Assembly (NCBI GenBank): GCA_016201735.1 | Contig: JACQCH010000057.1 | Span: 18-64,017 of the forward strand | Direction of reading: 5' to 3' | DNA length: 64,000 bases | Origin: Candidatus Omnitrophota bacterium | Lineage (GTDB): Bacteria > Omnitrophota > Gorgyraeia > 1-14-0-20-64-10 | Shown: positions 48,519-58,201 of the stretch, piece after piece | How positions within the stretch are numbered: the stretch's first letter is position 1 | Layout: each line of letters begins with the position of its first letter | Notes under the pieces: model-generated | What the model was told of the DNA's origin: nothing | Database searches by the model: none | Seen by the model: the letters and a program-made list of their open reading frames with translations, nothing else | Translations under genes and position numbers: made by a program

Positions 48519-49054
48519 AAGTTGCGTCTCTTGACCCGTTCGATCAGGCGGAAGGTTTCATCCCCCCGGATCAAGGTGAGATCCAGCGTCGCCACCGAGC
48601 CGCTGACCGACAAGGCGGAGGCCGCCGGCGGCTGGACATCTCGCATCAGCAGATCGCCGCTTCCGTAGGTGAAGGTGCCGCCGATCCCCCCGGTGAGGGC
48701 GGCCTTCCTGAGTTGATAACTCGACTGCGTGTAGGTGTTGTCCCATGCGGCGTCGCTGGCGTTGTAAAAGTAAAGGATGTAGCTGTTATTGATGCCGCTC
48801 TCCCGGACCGTGAACCGGATCGCCGCGGTCACTGTGGCGTCGTTCTGCATCGCCCCGGCCAGCCGGAGATCCCGGATCCCTCTCTCCAATCCGAGCTGGA
48901 TCTGCCGCTGGAGATTCATCCGATCCTGGTGGCTCGACCAGGCCAGGAGAATTGGATTGAGTGACATTGCCGCCGCCGACAGGAGGACCGCGAAAAGAAG
49001 GAGGACGATGACCACCTCGATCAGCGTCCACCCCTGGAAAGGTCGTATCCTCAT
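48515..49054 (-). CDS. Prepilin-type minor pilin/pseudopilin
   Basis: Prepilin leader plus G|WTLIEVVIVLLLFAVLL (class III signal). Confidence 0.65.
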   Translation of the reverse strand: MRIRPFQGWTLIEVVIVLLLFAVLLSAAAMSLNPILLAWSSHQDRMNLQRQIQLGLERGIRDLRLAGAMQNDATVTAAIRFTVRESGINNSYILYFYNASDAAWDNTYTQSSYQLRKAALTGGIGGTFTYGSGDLLMRDVQPPAASALSVSGSVATLDLTLIRGDETFRLIERVKRRNL

Positions 49055-49770
49055 TAAAACTGGACGTTCAGTTTTGTCCCCAGGATCTGATTGCTGCTCC
49101 GGTCGTGCCGGGCGCCGAGCAGACTTTGATTCATATAATAGAGGTCCACACTGGAACGAACTCCTTTGACTTCCTTCATCGGAATCACCACCCCCAGGAA
49201 GGCCCGGTTTTGGTTCCAGGCCTTGCGGGTATAATCGTAGAAGGCGTCGTTGGCGATATAGGGAGTCACCTTGTGGCCGAAGATTTCCATCGAATAAGCA
49301 ATCTTAGGCATCAACCGGATCTGAAATTCCTGTTCGCCGGAACTGCCCTGAACCGTCTTGAGCGCGACACGGCCTCTCATGGAAAAATCCCAGGGACCCC
49401 ATTTTGTTTTGGGGGTGATGTCCAATTCCCCGGTGTGTTCATCCCGATTCTTGCCGGAGGAGTTTTCGCTGCGAGCAAAGAGGTAATTCAGGCCGAACTC
49501 AAGGTGATTCGACGGCTTCCAACGGAGTCCCTGCCGGTATTCGTGATAGAAAAGGTGGCTGGCCCCGTCCTCCATCCGGATCTCGGGCCGGAAAAACAGA
49601 TCCCACTTTGGATTCAACCGCTTGACGAGCTCCAAGGTGTTCCAATATTGAAAGTCATCTTTCCCCTGAGCCGGGAGCGCAGCCAGCAAGATAACACCGA
49701 TCATTAAGCCACTAAGCCAAATGGACCGGATTTTAGAGCCCCTTTCAATTATTATTGACGTTGGCCACAT
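49054..49770 (-). CDS. Putative outer-membrane beta-barrel protein (DUF2490-like) embedded in the pilin cluster
   Basis: Signal peptide; alternating amphipathic beta-strand pattern; C-terminal ...KLNVQF aromatic terminus; not a secretin. Confidence 0.45.
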   Translation of the reverse strand: MWPTSIIIERGSKIRSIWLSGLMIGVILLAALPAQGKDDFQYWNTLELVKRLNPKWDLFFRPEIRMEDGASHLFYHEYRQGLRWKPSNHLEFGLNYLFARSENSSGKNRDEHTGELDITPKTKWGPWDFSMRGRVALKTVQGSSGEQEFQIRLMPKIAYSMEIFGHKVTPYIANDAFYDYTRKAWNQNRAFLGVVIPMKEVKGVRSSVDLYYMNQSLLGARHDRSSNQILGTKLNVQF

Positions 49771-50125
49771 AACTGGTCAGAGAGGTGGAAAGCTCCGCCG
49801 CACCCGGCGTCCAGTAGACGGTCACCACGACCTGTTTGAAGTTGGCGTTGGTTCCGGCCGGTTGAGTGATATCGACCTGGCGGGAGAAACCGGTCCAGCT
49901 GGAGACAGCCGCTTTTGCCTCGTTGGCGATGGAAGCGAAGGCCGTCCCTCGGAGGTTCTCCATCCTCTCCTGGGCGAGAGCGACGGCCTGCTCGAGGGTT
50001 TCGGTGTCGGCGGCGGCGAACATACCGCGGCTCATGGCAAAGGTGGCGGCGGCAACCCCTCCCACCAGCAGAAGGATGGCAATCATCAATTCAATGAGGG
50101 TAAACCCACCCCGCCGTGAGCTCAT
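49745..50125 (-). CDS. Prepilin-type pilin-like protein
   Basis: GGFTLIELMIAILLLVGG class III signal; 126 aa. Confidence 0.65.
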   Translation of the reverse strand: MSSRRGGFTLIELMIAILLLVGGVAAATFAMSRGMFAAADTETLEQAVALAQERMENLRGTAFASIANEAKAAVSSWTGFSRQVDITQPAGTNANFKQVVVTVYWTPGAAELSTSLTSYVANVNNN

Positions 50126-50157
50126 ACCCCTATATTATACGCCACGCCCCTGTCGTT

Positions 50158-51807
50158 TTACGCGGCAACCTTCTTCTGCTCTTTCAAAACTTTGGCGGTG
50201 AATCTTGGCAGGGTAAAGGTGAAGATGGTCCCCACTCCTGGGGCGCTTTCCACCCGGATTGTTCCCTGCTGCAGCTCAATCAGTTCCTTGGCGATCGCCA
50301 AGCCTAAGCCGGTGCCTTTGGCTGCTTTATCCGAGGTGCGGCTAAACTGCTCAAATTTTTGGAACACCTTGGGAAGATTCTCAGCCGCGATTCCAATACC
50401 GGTATCCGAAACGGCGCACTCGATGAAATCTTCCTTGGCCTGAGCGGAGATCTCAATGGAACCCTTCTCCGTAAACCTCAAGGCATCGTCCACCAGATTG
50501 GTCAGGACTTGGATGACCTTATCGCTGTCGGCGTAAGCCTCCATCTGCTCCGAGGGAAAACCCATCTTTAACTCCAGGCCTTTCTGTTCCACCTCGGGCT
50601 GGAAGGTTGCAGCCACCTGACGGACGAGATCCTTCAGATCCACCCGTTCCATCCGGAGAGTCACCTTGCCCGCTTCCAACTTGGAGATGTCCAGAAGATC
50701 GCTGATGATCCGGCTTAAGCGGTCGATGTTTTTCCCGCTGATATCGAGAAGTTTATCCTGCTGTTCATTGAGCTCTCCCACCGCCCGATCGAACAAGAGT
50801 CCCACTCCTTCTTTGATGATGGACAGGGGGGTGCGCAGCTCATGGCTGACGGTGGCCACGAACTTATCCTTGAGGGCGGAGAGTTCCTGATACCGCTTAT
50901 TCGCCACCCGAAGCGCCTCTTCCACCTGCTTGCGGTGGATGATTTCCCGTTGAAGCCCCCGGTTGGTCGTTTCCAGCTGCGCGGTTCTCTCTTTGACCCG
51001 CCGTTCCAAATCTTCACTGAACCGCTGGGACTTCTCCTTTTCCCTTCGGAGCGCATTGGGGATCTCATCGAAGGAGCGGGCAAGCCGGCTTAATTCATGT
51101 GGGCTGCCCGCCATCCCGGTCCGGACGCTGAAGTCTCCTCTGCGGATCCGATCCACCGCATCCTCAAGAAGATTCACCGGACGAATCACCAAGAAGTGGC
51201 CGATGAACCAGGCCTCCAGAAGCGCCAGGAGGCCGATGAACACAAACCCCCAAACGGATCGGGGGAAAAACGGATTGAACTTAGAAAAAACCCTCTCCTT
51301 GGGAATGCTCACCGCCACGGTGAGATCCCTCTCCGGCTTCTTTTCCAACGGGGAAAAAGCCGCCAGGCACGGGACGCCGTCCAGACCCGCAACCTCCGCA
51401 GTTCCTTCCCTCGAAGCCAGGAGGACCCGAATCAGCGGGGCTTGGCGCATCGATCTTCCCACCCACTTCTTGGACTCGGGGTAATGAAACAAGATCGTCC
51501 CCTCCCGATCGATCACCGCGAACCGCCCCCCTTTGGGCAGTTGGGCTAAGATCGTCTGGAGCAGCGACTCAGAGCTTACAAGTGGTGCGGCCTCCTCTGG
51601 CCGCAGCCAGGACTCATTCTCGATGAGCCGCCTCTGCTGGGAAGCCGCCATCCGGGTGAACCGCAGCAGGTTTTCCTTCGCTTCAGAGACAGCGACCCGT
51701 CCCTGCTCCGAGCCGTTGTAAAGCAGGATCCCCAGCGCCGGGACCACGGCCATCAGCACGAGAAACAATAAGCGGAAACGAATGGATGAAAAATGAACTC
51801 CGTCCAT
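50158..51807 (-). CDS. Sensor histidine kinase (periplasmic sensor-HAMP-HisKA-HATPase)
   Basis: Two TM segments flanking a periplasmic domain; H-box VATVSHELRTPLSII; N/G1/G2 boxes (DTGIGI, GTGLGLAI). Confidence 0.85.
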   Translation of the reverse strand: MDGVHFSSIRFRLLFLVLMAVVPALGILLYNGSEQGRVAVSEAKENLLRFTRMAASQQRRLIENESWLRPEEAAPLVSSESLLQTILAQLPKGGRFAVIDREGTILFHYPESKKWVGRSMRQAPLIRVLLASREGTAEVAGLDGVPCLAAFSPLEKKPERDLTVAVSIPKERVFSKFNPFFPRSVWGFVFIGLLALLEAWFIGHFLVIRPVNLLEDAVDRIRRGDFSVRTGMAGSPHELSRLARSFDEIPNALRREKEKSQRFSEDLERRVKERTAQLETTNRGLQREIIHRKQVEEALRVANKRYQELSALKDKFVATVSHELRTPLSIIKEGVGLLFDRAVGELNEQQDKLLDISGKNIDRLSRIISDLLDISKLEAGKVTLRMERVDLKDLVRQVAATFQPEVEQKGLELKMGFPSEQMEAYADSDKVIQVLTNLVDDALRFTEKGSIEISAQAKEDFIECAVSDTGIGIAAENLPKVFQKFEQFSRTSDKAAKGTGLGLAIAKELIELQQGTIRVESAPGVGTIFTFTLPRFTAKVLKEQKKVAA

Positions 51808-51830
51808 TGGGATATCCCTTTTATCTCAGA

Positions 51831-52286
51831 TTAGAATCCGCCGGAGCCGCTGGTCCCATTGGAGACATAGATGTCGTCGCCCGCCGCGCCGGTGAGAGCC
51901 CCAGTATTATCAATGCCGGTAATGCCTGCCGTGTTGTCGATCGACACCGACCAGATGATGTAGTATAAGCCATTGGCGGACTTCCCGTACTGGTACTGGG
52001 CGCTGGAAGTCGAGAAGGCGTCGATGAGGGCCGTGCCGATCATTTTCGGCGAGGCGCCCGTTAAGGCCGACTCCCAGGTAGCTCCTGTGGCCGGGTAGGC
52101 CTTGCTGTGGTGGATGTAGTACGATTCCACGGCCGCCTGCAGAGCTCCACACTCTGCCGCCGCCTTAGCGACGTTCCCTTCATCGATCATGCCTCGCAAC
52201 CTCGGCAGGGCAATCCCCAGTAAAATGGCAATCACTGCGATGACGATGACTAACTCAATTAAGGTGAAACCTTTTTCTTTTTTCAT
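51831..52286 (-). CDS. Major pilin / GspG-like pseudopilin
   Basis: KGFTLIELVIVIAVIAILLGIALP; AAAECGALQAAVESYYIHHSKAYP resembles the GspG alpha-beta loop. Confidence 0.75.
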   Translation of the reverse strand: MKKEKGFTLIELVIVIAVIAILLGIALPRLRGMIDEGNVAKAAAECGALQAAVESYYIHHSKAYPATGATWESALTGASPKMIGTALIDAFSTSSAQYQYGKSANGLYYIIWSVSIDNTAGITGIDNTGALTGAAGDDIYVSNGTSGSGGF

Positions 52287-53509
52287 CGAATCCCTCCATG
52301 TTGAAGAACCTTCACCATATCGAACATAGGAAACAATAATGAAGCCATGATAAACGCGACGACACCGCCCATCACGATGAGAAGAATCGGTTCTAAAAGA
52401 GTCATCATCTGCTTCAAGCTGTAATTCACCCGCAGTTCATAGTAGTCGGCAATCTTTTCCAGCATGGTGTCCAGCCGGCCCGACTCCTCTCCTACCTGAA
52501 TCATCTGGATCACGTCCGGATAGAAGACCTTCCCCACAGAAAGGGTGGCCGCCATCCGTTCTCCCTGCTCCACAGCGGTCTTTACCCGTTTCAATTCCTG
52601 AAAGATCACCTGATTGTCCACCACCCCGCCGGCCGTCTCCAGGGCGCCGACAATGGGGACACTGCTCTCCACCAAGGTGGCCAAGGTCCGGGCGAACCGG
52701 GCCACCACCGTCTGATGAAGCGCCAAACCCAGAACAGGAATCTTTAGAAGAAACCGGTCGATTCTGAAACGCAACGTGGGGATCCGGGCCGCGGCCCCCA
52801 AACCGACCATCGCTCCGACGGCGGCCGGGAGGATGACCCACCCGTGGGACCGGAGAGCGCTCCCAATAACCAGCAGGATCTGTGTCGGCAGTGGAAGAGG
52901 GATCCCCGCCTTAGCGAAAAGACTGGCGAACTGCGGCACCACAAAGGCAACGAGGAACAGGATCAGCAGAGTCGCCGCACCCAACAGCACGGCCGGATAA
53001 AGGAGCGCCCCCTTGACCGCCCGGGTCAATGCCAGGTCCCTCTCGATAAAGTTCGCGAAACGGGTCAGGATGGTATCCAGCTGGCCGCTGGCCTCCCCCA
53101 CCGCCGCGAGATTCACCATCAGTTTCGGGAAGACGGCGGGGTAGTGACTTAACGCTTGAGAGAAGGGCTCCCCTCCTTCAACCTCCCGGGAAAGCCCTTC
53201 GAACGCCTCCCGGAGGAGTCGGTCTGTCGTCTGGGATCCGACGGCTTGAAGAGACGCAATCAAAGCAACCCCTGCCCCCACTAGGTTGGACAATTGGATC
53301 GAAGCCAGAAGCAGTGCCTCCTGCGAGACACTCCCTCCCAGCCGGACGGTCAAGATTCCCCGGAACCCGGCCGCCATCTCCTCCATCCGGGTAACCAGGT
53401 ATCCCATCTTCCGCAGGCGATCGACGAGAGACTCCTTCGAGTCCGCCTCCAGAACCCCTTTCACGAGGCGACCCTGTTCATCCCGAGCTTGATAAGCAAA
53501 GGCCGGCAT
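52283..53509 (-). CDS. pilC: Pilus/T2SS inner-membrane platform protein (PilC/GspF family)
   Basis: Two GspF repeats, 3 TM; ATG immediately preceded by GGAGGGGCGGGGTG from element E2. Confidence 0.85.
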   Translation of the reverse strand: MPAFAYQARDEQGRLVKGVLEADSKESLVDRLRKMGYLVTRMEEMAAGFRGILTVRLGGSVSQEALLLASIQLSNLVGAGVALIASLQAVGSQTTDRLLREAFEGLSREVEGGEPFSQALSHYPAVFPKLMVNLAAVGEASGQLDTILTRFANFIERDLALTRAVKGALLYPAVLLGAATLLILFLVAFVVPQFASLFAKAGIPLPLPTQILLVIGSALRSHGWVILPAAVGAMVGLGAAARIPTLRFRIDRFLLKIPVLGLALHQTVVARFARTLATLVESSVPIVGALETAGGVVDNQVIFQELKRVKTAVEQGERMAATLSVGKVFYPDVIQMIQVGEESGRLDTMLEKIADYYELRVNYSLKQMMTLLEPILLIVMGGVVAFIMASLLFPMFDMVKVLQHGGIR

Positions 53510-53690
53510 CACCCCGCCCCTCCGGAGTCATGAAGCGGCCGCGGCCGCTTCACTGTGCCGAAGGCACAGATGCCCTCGGCTGTCTCTCGCTTTAATCGAT
53601 CACCCCATTCAAAAAACATCTGTTGCGCCTCCTTGAACCTTAAAGAATCCATCCTCTCTGCCGAGGGCATACTCCGGAGGGGCGGGGTCA
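53510..53690 (-). repeat. Structured repeat element copy E2 in the pilB-pilC intergenic region
   Basis: Terminal inverted repeats TGACCCCGCCCCTCCGGAGT (just after pilB TGA) and ACTCCGGAGGGGCGGGGTG (SD + GTGATG of pilC). Internal hairpins: an 11-bp stem ATGCCCTCGGC/GCCGAGGGCAT, CUGUGCC-UUCG-GGCACAG, and the GAAGCGGCCGCGGCCGCTTC palindrome. Confidence 0.6.
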
Positions 53691-53692
53691 AT

Positions 53693-55381
53693 TCAAATCT
53701 CCTGTGTGACGCGCAGCACCTCATCCAGGGTCGTCACCCCGGCGGCCGCCTTGGCGAGACCATCCTCCCGAAGGGCCCGCATCCCCTTCCCCACCGCATG
53801 AGATTTAAGCTGTCCTGAAGAGCTCTTTCCAATCGTCAGGCGGTTCATCTCCTCATCCATCACCATCAATTCAAAGATCCCGATCCGTCCTCGGTACCCG
53901 GCCTGACTGCACTTCCGGCACCCTTTCCCTTTCATCCAATGGCCGGCCGCCCCAATGCCAAGACGCTTCCCCGCCTCCTCTTGGGTCGGGTCCGCCACCT
54001 TGCAGTCAGGACAAACGGTCCGGACCAGACGCTGAGCGGCCACCCCGATCAGGCTTGAGGCGACGAGAAATGGTTCGATCCCCATATCGAGCAGGCGCGT
54101 GACGGCGGTGGCGGCGTCGTTGGTGTGCAGGGTGGAAAAAACCAGGTGCCCCGTCAGGGCCGCCTGAATGGCGATCTCCGCCGTCTCCCGGTCCCGGATC
54201 TCTCCCACCATGATGACATTCGGATCCTGCCGCAGGATGGACCGAAGTCCCGTCGCGAAGGTCAGCCCCACCCCCGGATTGACCGGAATCTGCCGCACCC
54301 CATGCAGACGGTACTCGACCGGATCTTCAATGGTCACGATGTTCTGCTCCGTGGCGTTCAGGGTAGCCATGGAAGCATACAGGGTGGTTGTCTTTCCCGA
54401 GCCGGTCGGGCCGGTGACAAGAACAATCCCCCAGCTCCGTTTTAAAAGATCCTGATACCGGGAGAGAAGTTCCGGATCCATCCCCAGCTCCGCCAATCCG
54501 ATCTGAAGACCCTTGGTGTCCAGGAGCCTCAGCACCACCGTTTCCCCGTCGATCGCCGGCATCACCGAAACCCGCAGATCCACCTCATGCCCTTCCATGG
54601 CGACTCTGAAACGGCCGTCTTGGGGTTTCCGCCGCTCCGCGATGTCCAGGCCGGCCAGGATCTTGACGCGGGAGACGATCGCCGACTCCAAATGTTTGGG
54701 CAGAACCGTCGCTTCCCGCAAGATGCCATCCACCCGGAATCGAACCCGAAAAATATCCCTTTCCGGCTCCAGGTGAATGTCCGAGGCCCGGGCCCGAATC
54801 GCGTCGCTCAAGAGGAGATTCACCAGGCGGACGACCGGCGGTTCCGAGACCAATCCCTGAAGATGTTTGAGTTCCAGGGACTGGCCGGCCTTAAGCCCCA
54901 GCCTTTCCTGACTCAGATCGGCAACCAGATCGTCGAGGCGCCCCTTGGCCCCGTAATATTCCTCCAGGGCCTGCAGGATCTCATGCTCCGTCGCCACGAC
55001 CGGTTCCACCGTCAAGCCGGTGCGCAGGCGCAGCTCATCCATCGCGATCAGATTCAACGGATCGGCCGTGGCCACTGTTAAGGTTTGTCCCAATTTGAAC
55101 AAGGGAATCAGCTGATGCTTCCTCGCCAGCGCTTCCGGGACAACATCCAGGACCTGCGGGTCAATCAGATAGCTTGCCAGTTCGACCCGGGGGACCCCCA
55201 GGAGACGACTCAGCCAGTGCGCCATGGTCGGCGGATCGAGAAACTTCAGGCGGATCAGGGTTTGCCGGATCGTCTGTCCCGTACGGACCGCTTCCCCCTG
55301 GGCCTGATGCATCTGTTCAGCGGTAATCAAGCCCTCTTCCACCAGCTTCTCTTCGGGCCGCTTCACTGCTTCTGTTTTCAC
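53693..55381 (-). CDS. pilB: Pilus/T2SS assembly ATPase (PilB/GspE family)
   Basis: N-terminal GspE_N domain; Walker A GPTGSGKTT; Asp box; tetracysteine CPDCK...CRKC; GTG start inside a GAGGCGGGGTGA junction. Confidence 0.9.
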   Translation of the reverse strand: MKTEAVKRPEEKLVEEGLITAEQMHQAQGEAVRTGQTIRQTLIRLKFLDPPTMAHWLSRLLGVPRVELASYLIDPQVLDVVPEALARKHQLIPLFKLGQTLTVATADPLNLIAMDELRLRTGLTVEPVVATEHEILQALEEYYGAKGRLDDLVADLSQERLGLKAGQSLELKHLQGLVSEPPVVRLVNLLLSDAIRARASDIHLEPERDIFRVRFRVDGILREATVLPKHLESAIVSRVKILAGLDIAERRKPQDGRFRVAMEGHEVDLRVSVMPAIDGETVVLRLLDTKGLQIGLAELGMDPELLSRYQDLLKRSWGIVLVTGPTGSGKTTTLYASMATLNATEQNIVTIEDPVEYRLHGVRQIPVNPGVGLTFATGLRSILRQDPNVIMVGEIRDRETAEIAIQAALTGHLVFSTLHTNDAATAVTRLLDMGIEPFLVASSLIGVAAQRLVRTVCPDCKVADPTQEEAGKRLGIGAAGHWMKGKGCRKCSQAGYRGRIGIFELMVMDEEMNRLTIGKSSSGQLKSHAVGKGMRALREDGLAKAAAGVTTLDEVLRVTQEI

Positions 55382-55773
55382 CCCGCCTCTCCCTCATCCA
55401 TCGGCTCACCCAACGCCGTGCGGACCTTCTGAATCAGCTCCGCCGCCCGATAGGGCTTGCCTAGGATCGCGTAACTTTCTGTGAGATCCAAACTCTTTTG
55501 GGTCACGGAAATATCCTGCGATAAAGCGGTCAGGAAAATCACCGGGATCCGCTGTGTGATGGGATCTTCCCTTAAAGTGTGATAGGTCTCCACCCCGTCC
55601 TGATTCGGCATCAGGATGTCCAGCAGAATCAGATCCGGTTTTTCCTCCCGAGCCACGGCAATTCCCGAGGGGCCGTCCGGGGCTTCCAGGATTTCAAACC
55701 CGTTGGCGGCCAGCCGCGAGTTCAAGAGAGCTCTCACGTCCGGTTCGTCATCCACAATCAGTATTTTTTTCAC
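55378..55773 (-). CDS. Stand-alone response-regulator receiver
   Basis: ILIVDDEPD...LILLDILMP...; GTG start inside a partial copy of the repeat element. Confidence 0.8.
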   Translation of the reverse strand: MKKILIVDDEPDVRALLNSRLAANGFEILEAPDGPSGIAVAREEKPDLILLDILMPNQDGVETYHTLREDPITQRIPVIFLTALSQDISVTQKSLDLTESYAILGKPYRAAELIQKVRTALGEPMDEGEAG

Positions 55774-57437
55774 CCCGCCCCTCCTTTGGTCTCTCTGCTT
55801 AAGAGACCTTGGCTTTCCCTCTGTTCTCTCGCCCGCCGTTGGGCCAGCTTCAGAACAACCGCCAGCTCCGATCCTTCTTCAGGAACAAATGCCGATCCCC
55901 AGCGCAGCCGCTCCGGGTGGATCCATTCCGGGGAGGACCCCAACACCGCTTCCAGCCGCTGGCGTATCGCCTGAAAGCCGTCGGAATCGGTCACGGAAAG
56001 AAGCACCAGGCCTCCCTCCGGGTTGACCAGCACCCGGTCCTCCCGAGAGATGTGCCGGCGCAGCAGGTTCATCACCTCGGAACGCTCCAGAGAACCGTTC
56101 GACTCCGCCCAAAGAACCTGGCAGGCCAGAGAGGTCCCTTCCCGGGCCGCCTGCTCCCGCATGACCCGAAATTCTTCCGTCAAGGCAAAGGCCGGCGTAT
56201 ACAAAGGGAGGCTCACCGTGAAGGTGGTTCCTTGACCCGGCTCGGAGGCCGCCCGAATGGTCCCCCCATGAAGCTGGACGATCTCCTTGACGATCGTCAG
56301 CCCCAGGCCGGTTCCCCGCTGTGCGATCTGGTCCGGGGCCTTGGGCTGGAAAAATTTTTGGAACAACTTGTACTGTTCCTTCTTCGGAATCCCGATTCCC
56401 GTATCCGAAACGGACAATTCCGCGGACCGGCCGTGGGCGTTTAAACTCACGGTGATCGATCCTTCCGCCGGCGTGAACTTGATGGCGTTGGTCAGCAGGT
56501 TCTCGACCACCTGGCCCAGCCGGACCCGGTCCCCGTAGACTGCAGGAATCGAGTCCGCCGCCAACTTCAATTTCCTTGACAGAATCAACGGCTGGCAATG
56601 GGTCTGCACCTCCCGGACCACCTCCGCCAGATCCATCGGCTTGCGATGGAGGACCATCCGTCCCGCCTCTATCCTGGAAACATCCAAGAGCTCGGTGACG
56701 AGCTTGATCATCCGCTCCGACTGATTCTTGACGAGACGAAGCGTTTCCGTCTGCCTGGAACTTAAAGATCCCCCCAAACCATCCAGGAGTTGCTGGGTTC
56801 CCTCCATGATCAAGGTCAGCGGGGTTCGAATCTCGTGGCTCACCTGCGCCACCGTCTCGGAAGTTACCTTCGCCTTTAATCTCCAACGTTGAGAGGCCGT
56901 TTCCATTTCACGGAGAAGAACCGCCTGAGCGATGACCTGCCCCAACCGCTGGAGGAACCGCTGGGCGGCCGGTTCCCTCAACCAGAGGAACCGGCGAGAG
57001 GAGGAAAAGCTGGACAAGTTCACAACCCCCACGGTTTGCCCTTCCACAACCAGGGGGAGACAACAGATGGTCTTGACCGGACGGAACCGGCCGTTCGCCT
57101 TCCTCGGAGGAAGAACGAATCGGGGATCCTTGGTCGCGTCCAGGACGCAAAAGGCTTTTTGGGATCGGGCCACCCAGCCGCAAAGTCCTTCTCCCATCCG
57201 GAATTTCATGTTCCGCCCATGAGGTTTGACTCGAGCCCCGTGGGCCCAGCGGACGGACAGCTCCTCGGTAGATCCGTCCAGGACCATGATCGAGATCCGA
57301 TCCGCCTCGGAGAGCTCCAAAAGGGCTTTGCAGCAGCCAACCATCAGCTGCTCCAGATCCAACTGGATCTCCAGTTTCTTAAGCCAGCGATCCAACAATC
57401 CCTTAGACCGAACGCGCATCGCCCCTCCCATTTCCAA
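55770..57437 (-). CDS. GAF-domain sensor histidine kinase with C-terminal extension
   Basis: GAF region (LCGWVARSQKAF), H-box VSHEIRTPLTLI, HATPase (DTGIGI, GTGLGLTI), ~130-aa C-terminal tail whose last 13 codons lie inside the partial repeat element. Confidence 0.85.
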   Translation of the reverse strand: MEMGGAMRVRSKGLLDRWLKKLEIQLDLEQLMVGCCKALLELSEADRISIMVLDGSTEELSVRWAHGARVKPHGRNMKFRMGEGLCGWVARSQKAFCVLDATKDPRFVLPPRKANGRFRPVKTICCLPLVVEGQTVGVVNLSSFSSSRRFLWLREPAAQRFLQRLGQVIAQAVLLREMETASQRWRLKAKVTSETVAQVSHEIRTPLTLIMEGTQQLLDGLGGSLSSRQTETLRLVKNQSERMIKLVTELLDVSRIEAGRMVLHRKPMDLAEVVREVQTHCQPLILSRKLKLAADSIPAVYGDRVRLGQVVENLLTNAIKFTPAEGSITVSLNAHGRSAELSVSDTGIGIPKKEQYKLFQKFFQPKAPDQIAQRGTGLGLTIVKEIVQLHGGTIRAASEPGQGTTFTVSLPLYTPAFALTEEFRVMREQAAREGTSLACQVLWAESNGSLERSEVMNLLRRHISREDRVLVNPEGGLVLLSVTDSDGFQAIRQRLEAVLGSSPEWIHPERLRWGSAFVPEEGSELAVVLKLAQRRAREQRESQGLLSRETKGGAG

Positions 57438-57801
57438 GCAGGTTGTGAACCTGATCCATCAGAACGTCCAATTGCAATGGTTTGACCAGACACCCATCGG
57501 CGCCGCATTCGACCGCCTGCGTCAAATCCCCGGCGTCCCCCCGGGCCGTAATCACCAAGATCGGGATTCCCCGGTACCGCTCATCGGACTTGAGCAGTTT
57601 TAAAACATGGTACCCATCCAGTCCCGGAAGCATCAGGTCCAGAAGGATCAGATGAGGAATCTCTTTTCGGGCCAACTCCAAGGCATTGTTTCCATCCTGA
57701 GCCGTCAGGACCTGGTAGCCCTGCAGTTCCAGCCCCTCCTTCAGGCAATCGATCATCCCCTGTTCATCGTCCACCAGCAGTACCTTCTGAGGTTCCATCA
57801 A
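57403..57801 (-). CDS. Stand-alone response-regulator receiver
   Basis: VLLVDDEQG...LILLDLMLPGLDG...LVITAR. Confidence 0.8.
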   Translation of the reverse strand: MMEPQKVLLVDDEQGMIDCLKEGLELQGYQVLTAQDGNNALELARKEIPHLILLDLMLPGLDGYHVLKLLKSDERYRGIPILVITARGDAGDLTQAVECGADGCLVKPLQLDVLMDQVHNLLGNGRGDARSV

Positions 57802-57802
57802 A

Positions 57803-58201
57803 TTATTCCTTCTTGCACGCCGTTTTCGCTGTGTCCAGAAGTTCTTTGATCTTTGCCAGAAGCACCGAGGCCTCGAACGGCTTGGTCAGGTAGGCGTCGG
57901 CCCCGCAGTCCATGGCAAGCTTAATGTCCTCCGCCTGAGCCCGGGCGGTAAAGATCAGGACCGGGACTTTCTGATACCGTTCATCGAATTTGAGCAGCCG
58001 GCAAACCTTGTAGCCATCCATCTTGGGAAGCATCAGGTCCAGAATGATCAGGTCCGGCCTGGACTGCTTCACCCGATCCAACGCCTCCTGGCCATCGTAG
58101 GCAACCGCCACCTCATAGCCGGCGGTGTTCAGACGAAGGCAGACCAGTTGTACCAAATCCGGCTCATCGTCGACCAATAAAAGTTTCGTTTTATCGCTCA
58201 T
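57803..58201 (-). CDS. Stand-alone response-regulator receiver
   Basis: LLLVDDEPD...LIILDLMLPKMDG...LIFTAR. Confidence 0.8.
   Translation of the reverse strand: MSDKTKLLLVDDEPDLVQLVCLRLNTAGYEVAVAYDGQEALDRVKQSRPDLIILDLMLPKMDGYKVCRLLKFDERYQKVPVLIFTARAQAEDIKLAMDCGADAYLTKPFEASVLLAKIKELLDTAKTACKKE

Noticed and set aside
49054-49770. Candidate missing secretin for the pilus cluster
   Set aside because: The 238-aa protein is far too small and lacks the secretin C-domain signature. It looks like a DUF2490-type small beta-barrel. TpsB likewise has POTRA + ShlB features, not secretin features.
55371-55395. GAGGCGGGGTGA at the REC/pilB junction as another repeat-element copy
   Set aside because: Only the SD-GTGA junction is shared (12 nt) and there is no partner arm or internal hairpins. 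This appears to be the organism's preferred strong RBS at overlapping stop/start junctions rather than an element copy.
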